A stretch of DNA of 7,631 nucleotides, taken from assembly GCA_000004985.1 (NCBI GenBank), contig GG739122.1; one strand, 5' to 3'. Positions 1 to 7,271 of the stretch are shown here, piece by piece. The translations under genes and the position numbers were made by a program. A model generated the notes under the pieces. It was not told the DNA's origin. It made no database searches and saw nothing but the letters and a program-made list of their open reading frames with translations. The first letter of the stretch is position 1; each line of letters begins with the position of its first letter. This stretch comes from Naegleria gruberi. Taxonomy: Eukaryota.

Positions 1-83
1 TATTGATGTTATGTTATTGATTACTATTATATATGTATTACATACTTTACCAACTCCCATATCACCTATTTTTAGTATTATTA

Positions 84-139
84 TAATGATAATGATAATG
101 ATGATGATGATTAAATGTGTGTTATTAATGATGATGATA
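84..139. repeat. Imperfect trinucleotide microsatellite (ATA/ATG)n in the 5' flank: ataatgataatgataatgatgatgatgatt ... aatgatgatgatag.
   Basis: Direct reading of bases 84..111 and 127..139. No ORF is reported here on either strand. Confidence 0.8.
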
Positions 140-539
140 GGAGTAACATGTTAAACATTGATGAATGAATATAGGAATGTAAAATAATAACAACAAACAT
201 ACCAATAATTAAAATTTTAAATAAAGCATCATGGTCTGACATTTTTTATCTGTTGTTTGATGATGATAGACAACTGACAAGACAAAATTAAATATTTAAA
301 ATCACACTTCATAATAAATATTGGACATGATGACAATGAACACACGAATCATTTTAAACAGTTATTTAAATAAATGTTTTATGAAAAACACATCAAGTCA
401 TTTGCTTATTATTTTATTAATTATAATTTTATAAAATATTAATACTTGTAATAATTTGTATATGTTTGTAAACTATTATAAATATTATTCATAATATATG
501 ATCCGAATGTTAAATATTCACAATGACATAATCATAATT

Positions 540-587
540 ACAATGTTGGCATGATTTCACCTTTGTAAAATTTTAATTTTAAAAAAA
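540..587 (+). promoter_or_regulatory. A/T-rich 5' leader ending in an A8 run immediately before the ATG at 588 (ttttaattttaaaaaaaATG). This is a typical dictyostelid translation-start context. The 1..587 region has no ORF and is presumed promoter/5' flank.
   Basis: Sequence seen directly. Generalising from the known A-rich context before Dictyostelium start codons. No TATA box or transcription start can be mapped from sequence alone. Confidence 0.3.
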
Positions 588-1571
588 ATGCAACAAAATA
601 TTAGTGTTGGTCAACAACAACAACAAGCCTTCACTAATTATTATGAACAACAACAACCATCATCATCTAATAACAATATAATAACATCATCATCATCATC
701 ATTTAATTCTAATATTAACAATAATATTAATTCTAATAATAATAATAGAATGAATCAAAAAGAAATATATACATATAATTCAGATTGGATGATATATTCA
801 CTTTCATGGTCAGTTAGAAGAGATGAAAAGTATAGACTTGCAATTGGATCATTTATAGAAGAATATAGAAATAAAGTAGATATAATTAAATTAAATAATG
901 ATAATATATTAGAAAGAGTTGCACAATTTGAACATCCATATCCTGCTACTAAAATACAATTTCATCCTTCTGCTTCTATTAATAATCCTGATTTAATTGC
1001 TACTTCAGGTGATTATTTACGTTTATGGAATATTAATAATAATAATTCAACAACTAGTACTAGTAATAATAATATGAATGTGAATAATGTGAATAATGTG
1101 AATAATAATAATAACATTTCATCACAACAACAACAACAAACAGTTCAAACAGTACAAAAATATCATACATTTAATAATGATAGTTCAAGTGAATTTTGTG
1201 CACCATTAACAAGTTTTGATTGGTGTGAATATAATCCTAATATGATTGGTACTTGTTCAATTGATACAACATGTACAATATGGGATATTCCAACAGGTAA
1301 ATCTAAAACACAACTCGTTGCACATGATAAAGAAGTTTATGATATTTCATTTAAAGATGAAAATATATTTTGTACAGTTGGTGCAGATGGTAGTTTGAGA
1401 ATGTTTGATTTACGTTCATTAGAACATTGTTCAATTTTATATGAACATGAACAATTACAACCTTTATTAAGATTAGCATGGAACAAACAAGATCCAAATT
1501 ATATTGCTACCATTTCAATGGATTCAAATATTATTGTTTTAATTGATATTAGATTATCTTCAATTCCATTA
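588..1571 (+). CDS. DCAF7: DCAF7/WDR68 (TTG1/AN11-family) WD40-repeat protein ortholog. The 5' part of the CDS is visible (328 codons). The C-terminal ~95-100 residues lie inside the masked block that starts at 1572. No intron is needed in the visible part.
   Basis: The translation aligns block by block with human DCAF7 as I recall it. KEIYTYNSDWMIYSLSWSVRRDEKYRLAIGSFIEEYRNKV matches [47 protein letters not shown] matches [21 protein letters not shown] matches [51 protein letters not shown] matches [53 protein letters not shown] matches [39 protein letters not shown]...PLLRLAWNKQDPNYIATISMD matches VGADGSVRMFDLRHLEHSTIIYE...PLLRLCWNKQDPNYLATMAMD. The ATG has an A-rich context. The ORF stays open continuously up to the mask. 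Confidence 0.9.
1077..1103 (+). repeat. Perfect in-frame tandem 9-mer (aatgtgaat)x3 inside the DCAF7 CDS, encoding NVN NVN NVN. It sits within a larger N/S/T/Q-rich insertion (about 1030..1190) that corresponds to a short inter-blade loop in animal DCAF7.
   Basis: Direct reading: aatgtgaat aatgtgaat aatgtgaat, followed by aataataataac and a caa x5 run at 1126..1141. Confidence 0.85.
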
Positions 1572-2821
1572 NNNNNNNNNNNNNNNNNNNNNNNNNNNNN
1601 NNNNNNNNNNNNNNNNNNNNNNNNNNNNNNNNNNNNNNNNNNNNNNNNNNNNNNNNNNNNNNNNNNNNNNNNNNNNNNNNNNNNNNNNNNNNNNNNNNNN
1701 NNNNNNNNNNNNNNNNNNNNNNNNNNNNNNNNNNNNNNNNNNNNNNNNNNNNNNNNNNNNNNNNNNNNNNNNNNNNNNNNNNNNNNNNNNNNNNNNNNNN
1801 NNNNNNNNNNNNNNNNNNNNNNNNNNNNNNNNNNNNNNNNNNNNNNNNNNNNNNNNNNNNNNNNNNNNNNNNNNNNNNNNNNNNNNNNNNNNNNNNNNNN
1901 NNNNNNNNNNNNNNNNNNNNNNNNNNNNNNNNNNNNNNNNNNNNNNNNNNNNNNNNNNNNNNNNNNNNNNNNNNNNNNNNNNNNNNNNNNNNNNNNNNNN
2001 NNNNNNNNNNNNNNNNNNNNNNNNNNNNNNNNNNNNNNNNNNNNNNNNNNNNNNNNNNNNNNNNNNNNNNNNNNNNNNNNNNNNNNNNNNNNNNNNNNNN
2101 NNNNNNNNNNNNNNNNNNNNNNNNNNNNNNNNNNNNNNNNNNNNNNNNNNNNNNNNNNNNNNNNNNNNNNNNNNNNNNNNNNNNNNNNNNNNNNNNNNNN
2201 NNNNNNNNNNNNNNNNNNNNNNNNNNNNNNNNNNNNNNNNNNNNNNNNNNNNNNNNNNNNNNNNNNNNNNNNNNNNNNNNNNNNNNNNNNNNNNNNNNNN
2301 NNNNNNNNNNNNNNNNNNNNNNNNNNNNNNNNNNNNNNNNNNNNNNNNNNNNNNNNNNNNNNNNNNNNNNNNNNNNNNNNNNNNNNNNNNNNNNNNNNNN
2401 NNNNNNNNNNNNNNNNNNNNNNNNNNNNNNNNNNNNNNNNNNNNNNNNNNNNNNNNNNNNNNNNNNNNNNNNNNNNNNNNNNNNNNNNNNNNNNNNNNNN
2501 NNNNNNNNNNNNNNNNNNNNNNNNNNNNNNNNNNNNNNNNNNNNNNNNNNNNNNNNNNNNNNNNNNNNNNNNNNNNNNNNNNNNNNNNNNNNNNNNNNNN
2601 NNNNNNNNNNNNNNNNNNNNNNNNNNNNNNNNNNNNNNNNNNNNNNNNNNNNNNNNNNNNNNNNNNNNNNNNNNNNNNNNNNNNNNNNNNNNNNNNNNNN
2701 NNNNNNNNNNNNNNNNNNNNNNNNNNNNNNNNNNNNNNNNNNNNNNNNNNNNNNNNNNNNNNNNNNNNNNNNNNNNNNNNNNNNNNNNNNNNNNNNNNNN
2801 NNNNNNNNNNNNNNNNNNNNN
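1572..2821. other. Hard-masked block of 1,250 N. It must contain the remaining DCAF7 coding sequence (expected ~290 nt if intronless) and its 3' UTR, plus up to ~950 nt of unknown content.
   Basis: The N run is seen directly. The expected DCAF7 remainder follows from ortholog length (established knowledge). Confidence 1.
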
Positions 2822-3130
2822 CATAACTATGGTTAGTGTATGATTATTCATTTTCGTGTTGATATAAAGGCTAAAGTGGATATGCCTAGAAAGCGGCTTA
2901 TAAGATTAGTGGCATTACCTTCCTATTTAAATAACCATAAAGTGGGAATGTGAAGAACTTCCAATACACCTATGAATTAGGTTACATTATGTGTACAGCA
3001 AAATCAGCGTATTTAAATGGAGCGTATGTTATATAGTTACTCTTATAGGATAAAAATACATAGTAATATCTGTACTCGCAACACAACCAATAATAATGCT
3101 TTTTAATTATTCCATTCAAACTGAGGGTGC
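2822..3130. other. Non-coding block with atypical composition (~35-40% GC, no long A/T homopolymers, no ORF of 60 aa or more). It lies between the masked block and the stop of the minus-strand gene at 3131. It is formally the 3' UTR/flank of that gene but carries no AATAAA on the minus strand. It may be a transposon remnant or ncRNA, unresolved.
   Basis: Base composition counted by eye on 2861..2960 (~38% GC), against ~80-85% AT in the other intergenic stretches (1..587, 6537..6582, 7449..7631). No AATAAA (TTTATT on plus) within 300 nt 3' of the stop. No tRNA-like GTTCGA/TTCGAATCC box found. Confidence 0.4.
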
Positions 3131-3451
3131 TCATAGAGAAGTCTGAAGAAAGAAATATTTGCTTCTTGGATCTAATTTAATTAAATCTTCAAAGAGTGAT
3201 TTAACTTCATCGACTGTCTTGTAAAATGTGGATTTTTTCAATAGAGTTTCAATCATTTCTAATGATCGTTCTGTGAATTTCACTTCTGTAATTTCTTGTT
3301 GTTTTCTTGGCATATTTTCCATCCAATCTGCAACTTTGGCAAATAAATTACTATCATCGAGTTCAACAGTGGAGGCACTTGGCATTGATGAACTAGTTTC
3401 TTCATCAGTCTTTCGTTTCTTTGTTGAGTTTTCCGGGTTTTCTTCAAAACA
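3131..3451 (-). CDS. Terminal coding block of a hypothetical minus-strand protein, 107 stop-free codons ending in TGA at 3131..3133 (...CFEENPENSTKKRKTDEETSSSMPSASTVELDDSNLFAKVADWMENMPRKQQEITEVKFTERSLEMIETLLKKSTFYKTVDEVKSLFEDLIKLDPRSKYFFLQTSL*). It contains a KKRK basic cluster (possible NLS). It is in the same frame as the upstream block 3539..3700 but separated from it by in-frame TGA (3476..3478) and TAG (3452..3454).
   Basis: I translated the minus strand in all three frames by hand. This frame is open for 107 codons in a region where the other two frames are full of stops, and the peptide has a protein-like mix of charged and hydrophobic residues. The first in-frame ATG is at 3383..3385 (this is the 84-aa ORF in the track). 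No family recognised. Confidence 0.55.
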   Translation of the reverse strand, partial: CFEENPENSTKKRKTDEETSSSMPSASTVELDDSNLFAKVADWMENMPRKQQEITEVKFTERSLEMIETLLKKSTFYKTVDEVKSLFEDLIKLDPRSKYFFLQTSL

Positions 3452-3538
3452 CTACTGCTTCCTTTGGGAATGAGTTCAACTCGAGGTGAAACACGTTTTA
3501 AAATAAAAAATTCTGAATAGGAGACAGAAAAAAGGTAA

Positions 3539-3700
3539 CTTTCCATTATAAATAAAAACGCTATTGAAATTCTTAGAGAGCTCAACAAGAAGATAGGTAA
3601 TGAACCATTCATCAATGTTAGTCTCTGAAATTAACTCTTCCACAAATGGATAAACAGGTTGATTATTTCTGAGAAACTTCCTCGGTGCAATCTTAGTGCT
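3539..3700 (-). CDS. Internal or penultimate coding exon of the same hypothetical minus-strand gene. It starts immediately after a 3' splice acceptor (ttaataatttCAG|) and encodes STKIAPRKFLRNNQPVYPFVEELISETNIDEWFITYLLVELSKNFNSVFIYNGK. If read straight through it continues LPFFCLLFRIFYFKTCFTSS* to the TGA at 3476.
   Basis: Minus frame 3 is clean and protein-like from 3700 downward. It is preceded in-frame by TAG, TAA and TAA (3730..3707) and by a pyrimidine/AT-rich tract ending in CAG at 3701..3703, which is the classic 3' splice-site architecture. The other frames carry multiple stops. The long frame-A ORF in the track (3280..3615, TTG start) gives a less protein-like peptide. Confidence 0.55.
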
Positions 3701-3732
3701 CTGAAATTATTAATCAAGATGGTGAAGCTATT
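3701..3732 (-). other. 3' end of an intron of the minus-strand gene (acceptor ...cttgattaataatttcag|AGC). The rest of the intron and all upstream exons are inside the masked block.
   Basis: In-frame stops plus an AT-rich tract plus CAG immediately before the open coding frame. Confidence 0.45.
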
Positions 3733-6190
3733 NNNNNNNNNNNNNNNNNNNNNNNNNNNNNNNNNNNNNNNNNNNNNNNNNNNNNNNNNNNNNNNNNNNN
3801 NNNNNNNNNNNNNNNNNNNNNNNNNNNNNNNNNNNNNNNNNNNNNNNNNNNNNNNNNNNNNNNNNNNNNNNNNNNNNNNNNNNNNNNNNNNNNNNNNNNN
3901 NNNNNNNNNNNNNNNNNNNNNNNNNNNNNNNNNNNNNNNNNNNNNNNNNNNNNNNNNNNNNNNNNNNNNNNNNNNNNNNNNNNNNNNNNNNNNNNNNNNN
4001 NNNNNNNNNNNNNNNNNNNNNNNNNNNNNNNNNNNNNNNNNNNNNNNNNNNNNNNNNNNNNNNNNNNNNNNNNNNNNNNNNNNNNNNNNNNNNNNNNNNN
4101 NNNNNNNNNNNNNNNNNNNNNNNNNNNNNNNNNNNNNNNNNNNNNNNNNNNNNNNNNNNNNNNNNNNNNNNNNNNNNNNNNNNNNNNNNNNNNNNNNNNN
4201 NNNNNNNNNNNNNNNNNNNNNNNNNNNNNNNNNNNNNNNNNNNNNNNNNNNNNNNNNNNNNNNNNNNNNNNNNNNNNNNNNNNNNNNNNNNNNNNNNNNN
4301 NNNNNNNNNNNNNNNNNNNNNNNNNNNNNNNNNNNNNNNNNNNNNNNNNNNNNNNNNNNNNNNNNNNNNNNNNNNNNNNNNNNNNNNNNNNNNNNNNNNN
4401 NNNNNNNNNNNNNNNNNNNNNNNNNNNNNNNNNNNNNNNNNNNNNNNNNNNNNNNNNNNNNNNNNNNNNNNNNNNNNNNNNNNNNNNNNNNNNNNNNNNN
4501 NNNNNNNNNNNNNNNNNNNNNNNNNNNNNNNNNNNNNNNNNNNNNNNNNNNNNNNNNNNNNNNNNNNNNNNNNNNNNNNNNNNNNNNNNNNNNNNNNNNN
4601 NNNNNNNNNNNNNNNNNNNNNNNNNNNNNNNNNNNNNNNNNNNNNNNNNNNNNNNNNNNNNNNNNNNNNNNNNNNNNNNNNNNNNNNNNNNNNNNNNNNN
4701 NNNNNNNNNNNNNNNNNNNNNNNNNNNNNNNNNNNNNNNNNNNNNNNNNNNNNNNNNNNNNNNNNNNNNNNNNNNNNNNNNNNNNNNNNNNNNNNNNNNN
4801 NNNNNNNNNNNNNNNNNNNNNNNNNNNNNNNNNNNNNNNNNNNNNNNNNNNNNNNNNNNNNNNNNNNNNNNNNNNNNNNNNNNNNNNNNNNNNNNNNNNN
4901 NNNNNNNNNNNNNNNNNNNNNNNNNNNNNNNNNNNNNNNNNNNNNNNNNNNNNNNNNNNNNNNNNNNNNNNNNNNNNNNNNNNNNNNNNNNNNNNNNNNN
5001 NNNNNNNNNNNNNNNNNNNNNNNNNNNNNNNNNNNNNNNNNNNNNNNNNNNNNNNNNNNNNNNNNNNNNNNNNNNNNNNNNNNNNNNNNNNNNNNNNNNN
5101 NNNNNNNNNNNNNNNNNNNNNNNNNNNNNNNNNNNNNNNNNNNNNNNNNNNNNNNNNNNNNNNNNNNNNNNNNNNNNNNNNNNNNNNNNNNNNNNNNNNN
5201 NNNNNNNNNNNNNNNNNNNNNNNNNNNNNNNNNNNNNNNNNNNNNNNNNNNNNNNNNNNNNNNNNNNNNNNNNNNNNNNNNNNNNNNNNNNNNNNNNNNN
5301 NNNNNNNNNNNNNNNNNNNNNNNNNNNNNNNNNNNNNNNNNNNNNNNNNNNNNNNNNNNNNNNNNNNNNNNNNNNNNNNNNNNNNNNNNNNNNNNNNNNN
5401 NNNNNNNNNNNNNNNNNNNNNNNNNNNNNNNNNNNNNNNNNNNNNNNNNNNNNNNNNNNNNNNNNNNNNNNNNNNNNNNNNNNNNNNNNNNNNNNNNNNN
5501 NNNNNNNNNNNNNNNNNNNNNNNNNNNNNNNNNNNNNNNNNNNNNNNNNNNNNNNNNNNNNNNNNNNNNNNNNNNNNNNNNNNNNNNNNNNNNNNNNNNN
5601 NNNNNNNNNNNNNNNNNNNNNNNNNNNNNNNNNNNNNNNNNNNNNNNNNNNNNNNNNNNNNNNNNNNNNNNNNNNNNNNNNNNNNNNNNNNNNNNNNNNN
5701 NNNNNNNNNNNNNNNNNNNNNNNNNNNNNNNNNNNNNNNNNNNNNNNNNNNNNNNNNNNNNNNNNNNNNNNNNNNNNNNNNNNNNNNNNNNNNNNNNNNN
5801 NNNNNNNNNNNNNNNNNNNNNNNNNNNNNNNNNNNNNNNNNNNNNNNNNNNNNNNNNNNNNNNNNNNNNNNNNNNNNNNNNNNNNNNNNNNNNNNNNNNN
5901 NNNNNNNNNNNNNNNNNNNNNNNNNNNNNNNNNNNNNNNNNNNNNNNNNNNNNNNNNNNNNNNNNNNNNNNNNNNNNNNNNNNNNNNNNNNNNNNNNNNN
6001 NNNNNNNNNNNNNNNNNNNNNNNNNNNNNNNNNNNNNNNNNNNNNNNNNNNNNNNNNNNNNNNNNNNNNNNNNNNNNNNNNNNNNNNNNNNNNNNNNNNN
6101 NNNNNNNNNNNNNNNNNNNNNNNNNNNNNNNNNNNNNNNNNNNNNNNNNNNNNNNNNNNNNNNNNNNNNNNNNNNNNNNNNNNNNNNNNN
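3733..6190. other. Hard-masked block of 2,458 N. It lies between the N-terminal ORF at 6191..6536 and the C-terminal exons at 3131..3700 on the minus strand. It may hold the body of one long gene (about 1,000 aa if contiguous) or several features. It cannot be assessed.
   Basis: N run seen directly. Confidence 1.
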
Positions 6191-6536
6191 TTAATATATT
6201 TAATTGTTTTGTAATAAATTCTTGTTTTGCTTTATTTGATTGATATTTATATAAATAATATAATATTATTAATACTATTATAAATTTAAAAAATAATCTC
6301 TTCTTTTTAGGTTTTAATGGTTGTTGTTGTTCATGTTGTTGTTGATTATTAAATTGTTGTTCATATTGTTGATAATTGATTATTCTTGTTGAAAATGATC
6401 GGATTGATGATTTATTTTGTACAATTAAATAAGTATACTTTAAAATATCATTACAATTATTATGAATATGAAGATCATTAAATGATTTCCTAATAATATT
6501 ATTGATATTATTATTTAATAGCTTTTTGATTGACAT
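6191..6536 (-). CDS. N-terminal 115 codons of a hypothetical Q/N-rich membrane protein: MSIKKLLNNNINNIIRKSFNDLHIHNNCNDILKYTYLIVQNKSSIRSFSTRIINYQQYEQQFNNQQQHEQQQPLKPKKKRLFFKFIIVLIILYYLYKYQSNKAKQEFITKQLNIL... It has one predicted TM helix (LFFKFIIVLIILYYLYKY, about 6243..6296) preceded by a KPKKKR cluster (positive-inside). The basic, Ser/Arg-containing N-terminus could also be an organellar presequence. The ORF continues into the mask.
   Basis: The ATG at 6534..6536 sits in an A9 context (attaaaaaaaaATGtca) with an in-frame TAG 4 codons upstream. Codon usage is typical dictyostelid coding (caa, aat, tta, aaa). It is open for 115 codons in >80% AT sequence, where random frames close quickly. 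Whether it belongs to the same gene as 3131..3700 cannot be seen. Confidence 0.6.
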
Positions 6537-6581
6537 TTTTTTTTTAATCTAATTTTAAAAAAACTGAAATCAAAAAACAAA

Positions 6582-6587
6582 TTTATT
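6582..6587 (-). promoter_or_regulatory. AATAAA polyadenylation hexamer overlapping the MLF stop codon (agaaAATAAAtttg on the minus strand).
   Basis: Seen in sequence. A hexamer overlapping the TAA stop is common in AT-rich genomes, so this is weak evidence by itself. Confidence 0.45.
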
Positions 6588-7271
6588 TTCTCTTTTCATA
6601 ACTCAATGCTCCTCTAATTCTATTATTATTATTATTACTAGTAGTAGTATTATTACATGTATCATGTGTTAAAGATGATGAAGAGGATGATTTAAATTTA
6701 GGTAATTGTTTTGAATATTGTTTCCATTCTTTATCAAAATCTTGATCAGTTGAAACATTTTCAAGTTTCTTAAATACATGTTCTTTACCTTGTTTATCTC
6801 TTGTTTTTTCTAATAGACTCTTTTTATCACCAACTTGTTTTGTAATTGATACCTTCTCTGTACCTGTTCTTGAATCTTTAATTATTTCTTTTCTTTTACT
6901 TATTTTAGATCCATCTCTATTACTTGAAATACTTGAAAAAGATGATGAATAATATGAATTAGCATTATCAAAATTTGAATGATTGTTAATATTATTGAAA
7001 TGAGAATTAAAGTCTTCATCCATTCTTTTAAATAATTGTTCACTTCTTTTCATTGATGACATCATGTCAAATGGTGAATTTGAAAAGAATGGATCATTAT
7101 CAAAGAATGAATTTGACATCTTCATCATATTAAATGGATCTTCACTTCTTCTTCTTCTATCATTATTATTAGAATTAGTATTTGAATTATTTGAATTATT
7201 ACTATTTGAAGTTGTTCTACTTCTTGTTGAATTGGAAGATGAAGAATGATAATGTCTATAATTATTAATAT
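6583..7271 (-). CDS. MLF: Myeloid leukemia factor (MLF1/MLF2/dMLF) family protein, main and terminal exon, ending ...RIRGALSYEKRK* (TAA 6583..6585). It contains the family signature N-terminal motif MMKMSNSFFDNDPFFSNSPFDMM and the central/C-terminal block ...STDQDFDKEWKQYSKQLPKFK.
   Basis: Matches to human MLF1 as I recall it: SFFDNDPFFSNS against N-terminal MFRMLNSSFEDDPFFSES, and DQDFDKEWKQYSK against DAHAFDEEWQSEVLKYK. Both proteins have K/R-rich tails. The 181-aa ORF in the track starts at ATG 7126..7128, which is where human MLF1 begins. The frame stays open 57 codons further upstream to 7326. Confidence 0.85.

Noticed and set aside
1-140. Minus-strand reading of the (CAT)n microsatellite as a poly-His/Ser C-terminus of an upstream gene.
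   Set aside because: The frames hit TAA within a few codons (…SSSSLITHI*), and there is no supporting ORF. It is treated as a non-coding microsatellite.
1499-2851. Track ORFs 588..2843 (+, 751 aa), 1499..2851 (-, 450 aa) and 1543..2826 (+, 427 aa), which are long only because they run through the N block as X.
   Set aside because: They are artefacts of translating N. Only 588..1571 of the first ORF is real coding. The short flanking peptides (…ITMVSV*, MNNHTLTIVM…, MILDYLQFH…) have no protein character.
2860-2960. Possible tRNA or snoRNA in the GC-richer stretch (ggctaaagtggatatgcctagaaagcggcttataagattagtggcattacc).
   Set aside because: I could not find a TΨC box (GTTCGAATCC-like) or a D-arm consensus, or a convincing C/D box pair (TGATGA…CTGA) with terminal complementarity. 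This is left unresolved rather than called.
3534-3540. aaaaaAG|GTAACT on the plus strand, which looks like a 5' splice donor.
   Set aside because: No plus-strand coding frame precedes it. It is the reverse complement of the GTTACC I considered as a non-canonical donor for the minus gene.
3280-3615. Minus-strand 111-aa ORF (frame A, TTG start) overlapping both coding blocks, and plus-strand 81-aa ORF at 3228..3473.
   Set aside because: The frame-A peptide (…FFILKRVSPRVELIPKGSSSVLKKTRKTQQRNERLMKKLVHQCQVPPLL…) is less protein-like than the frame-B translation over the same bases. Frame B has the acceptor site and a clean 107-codon terminal block. The plus-strand ORF is antisense to that coding region and serine/phenylalanine-rich in the way antisense frames usually are. 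I kept frame A only as a symptom of the frameshift/intron puzzle.
3659-6536. Track ORFs 3659..6214 (+, 851 aa) and 3714..6536 (-, 940 aa) spanning the second N block.
   Set aside because: The frame across N is arbitrary. The plus ORF begins at a TTG, not an ATG, and its visible ends are 4-8 meaningless codons. For the minus ORF only the N-terminal 115 codons are real. Its visible 3' end (…IASPS* at 3714) is in a different frame from the convincing coding frame that starts at 3700.
7064-7249. Plus-strand 61-aa ORF (…LLLLLSLLLELVFELFELLLFEVVLLLVELEDEE).
   Set aside because: It is antisense to the S/N-rich low-complexity region of the MLF gene, so it is leucine/glutamate-rich by complementarity. 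It has no independent start context.
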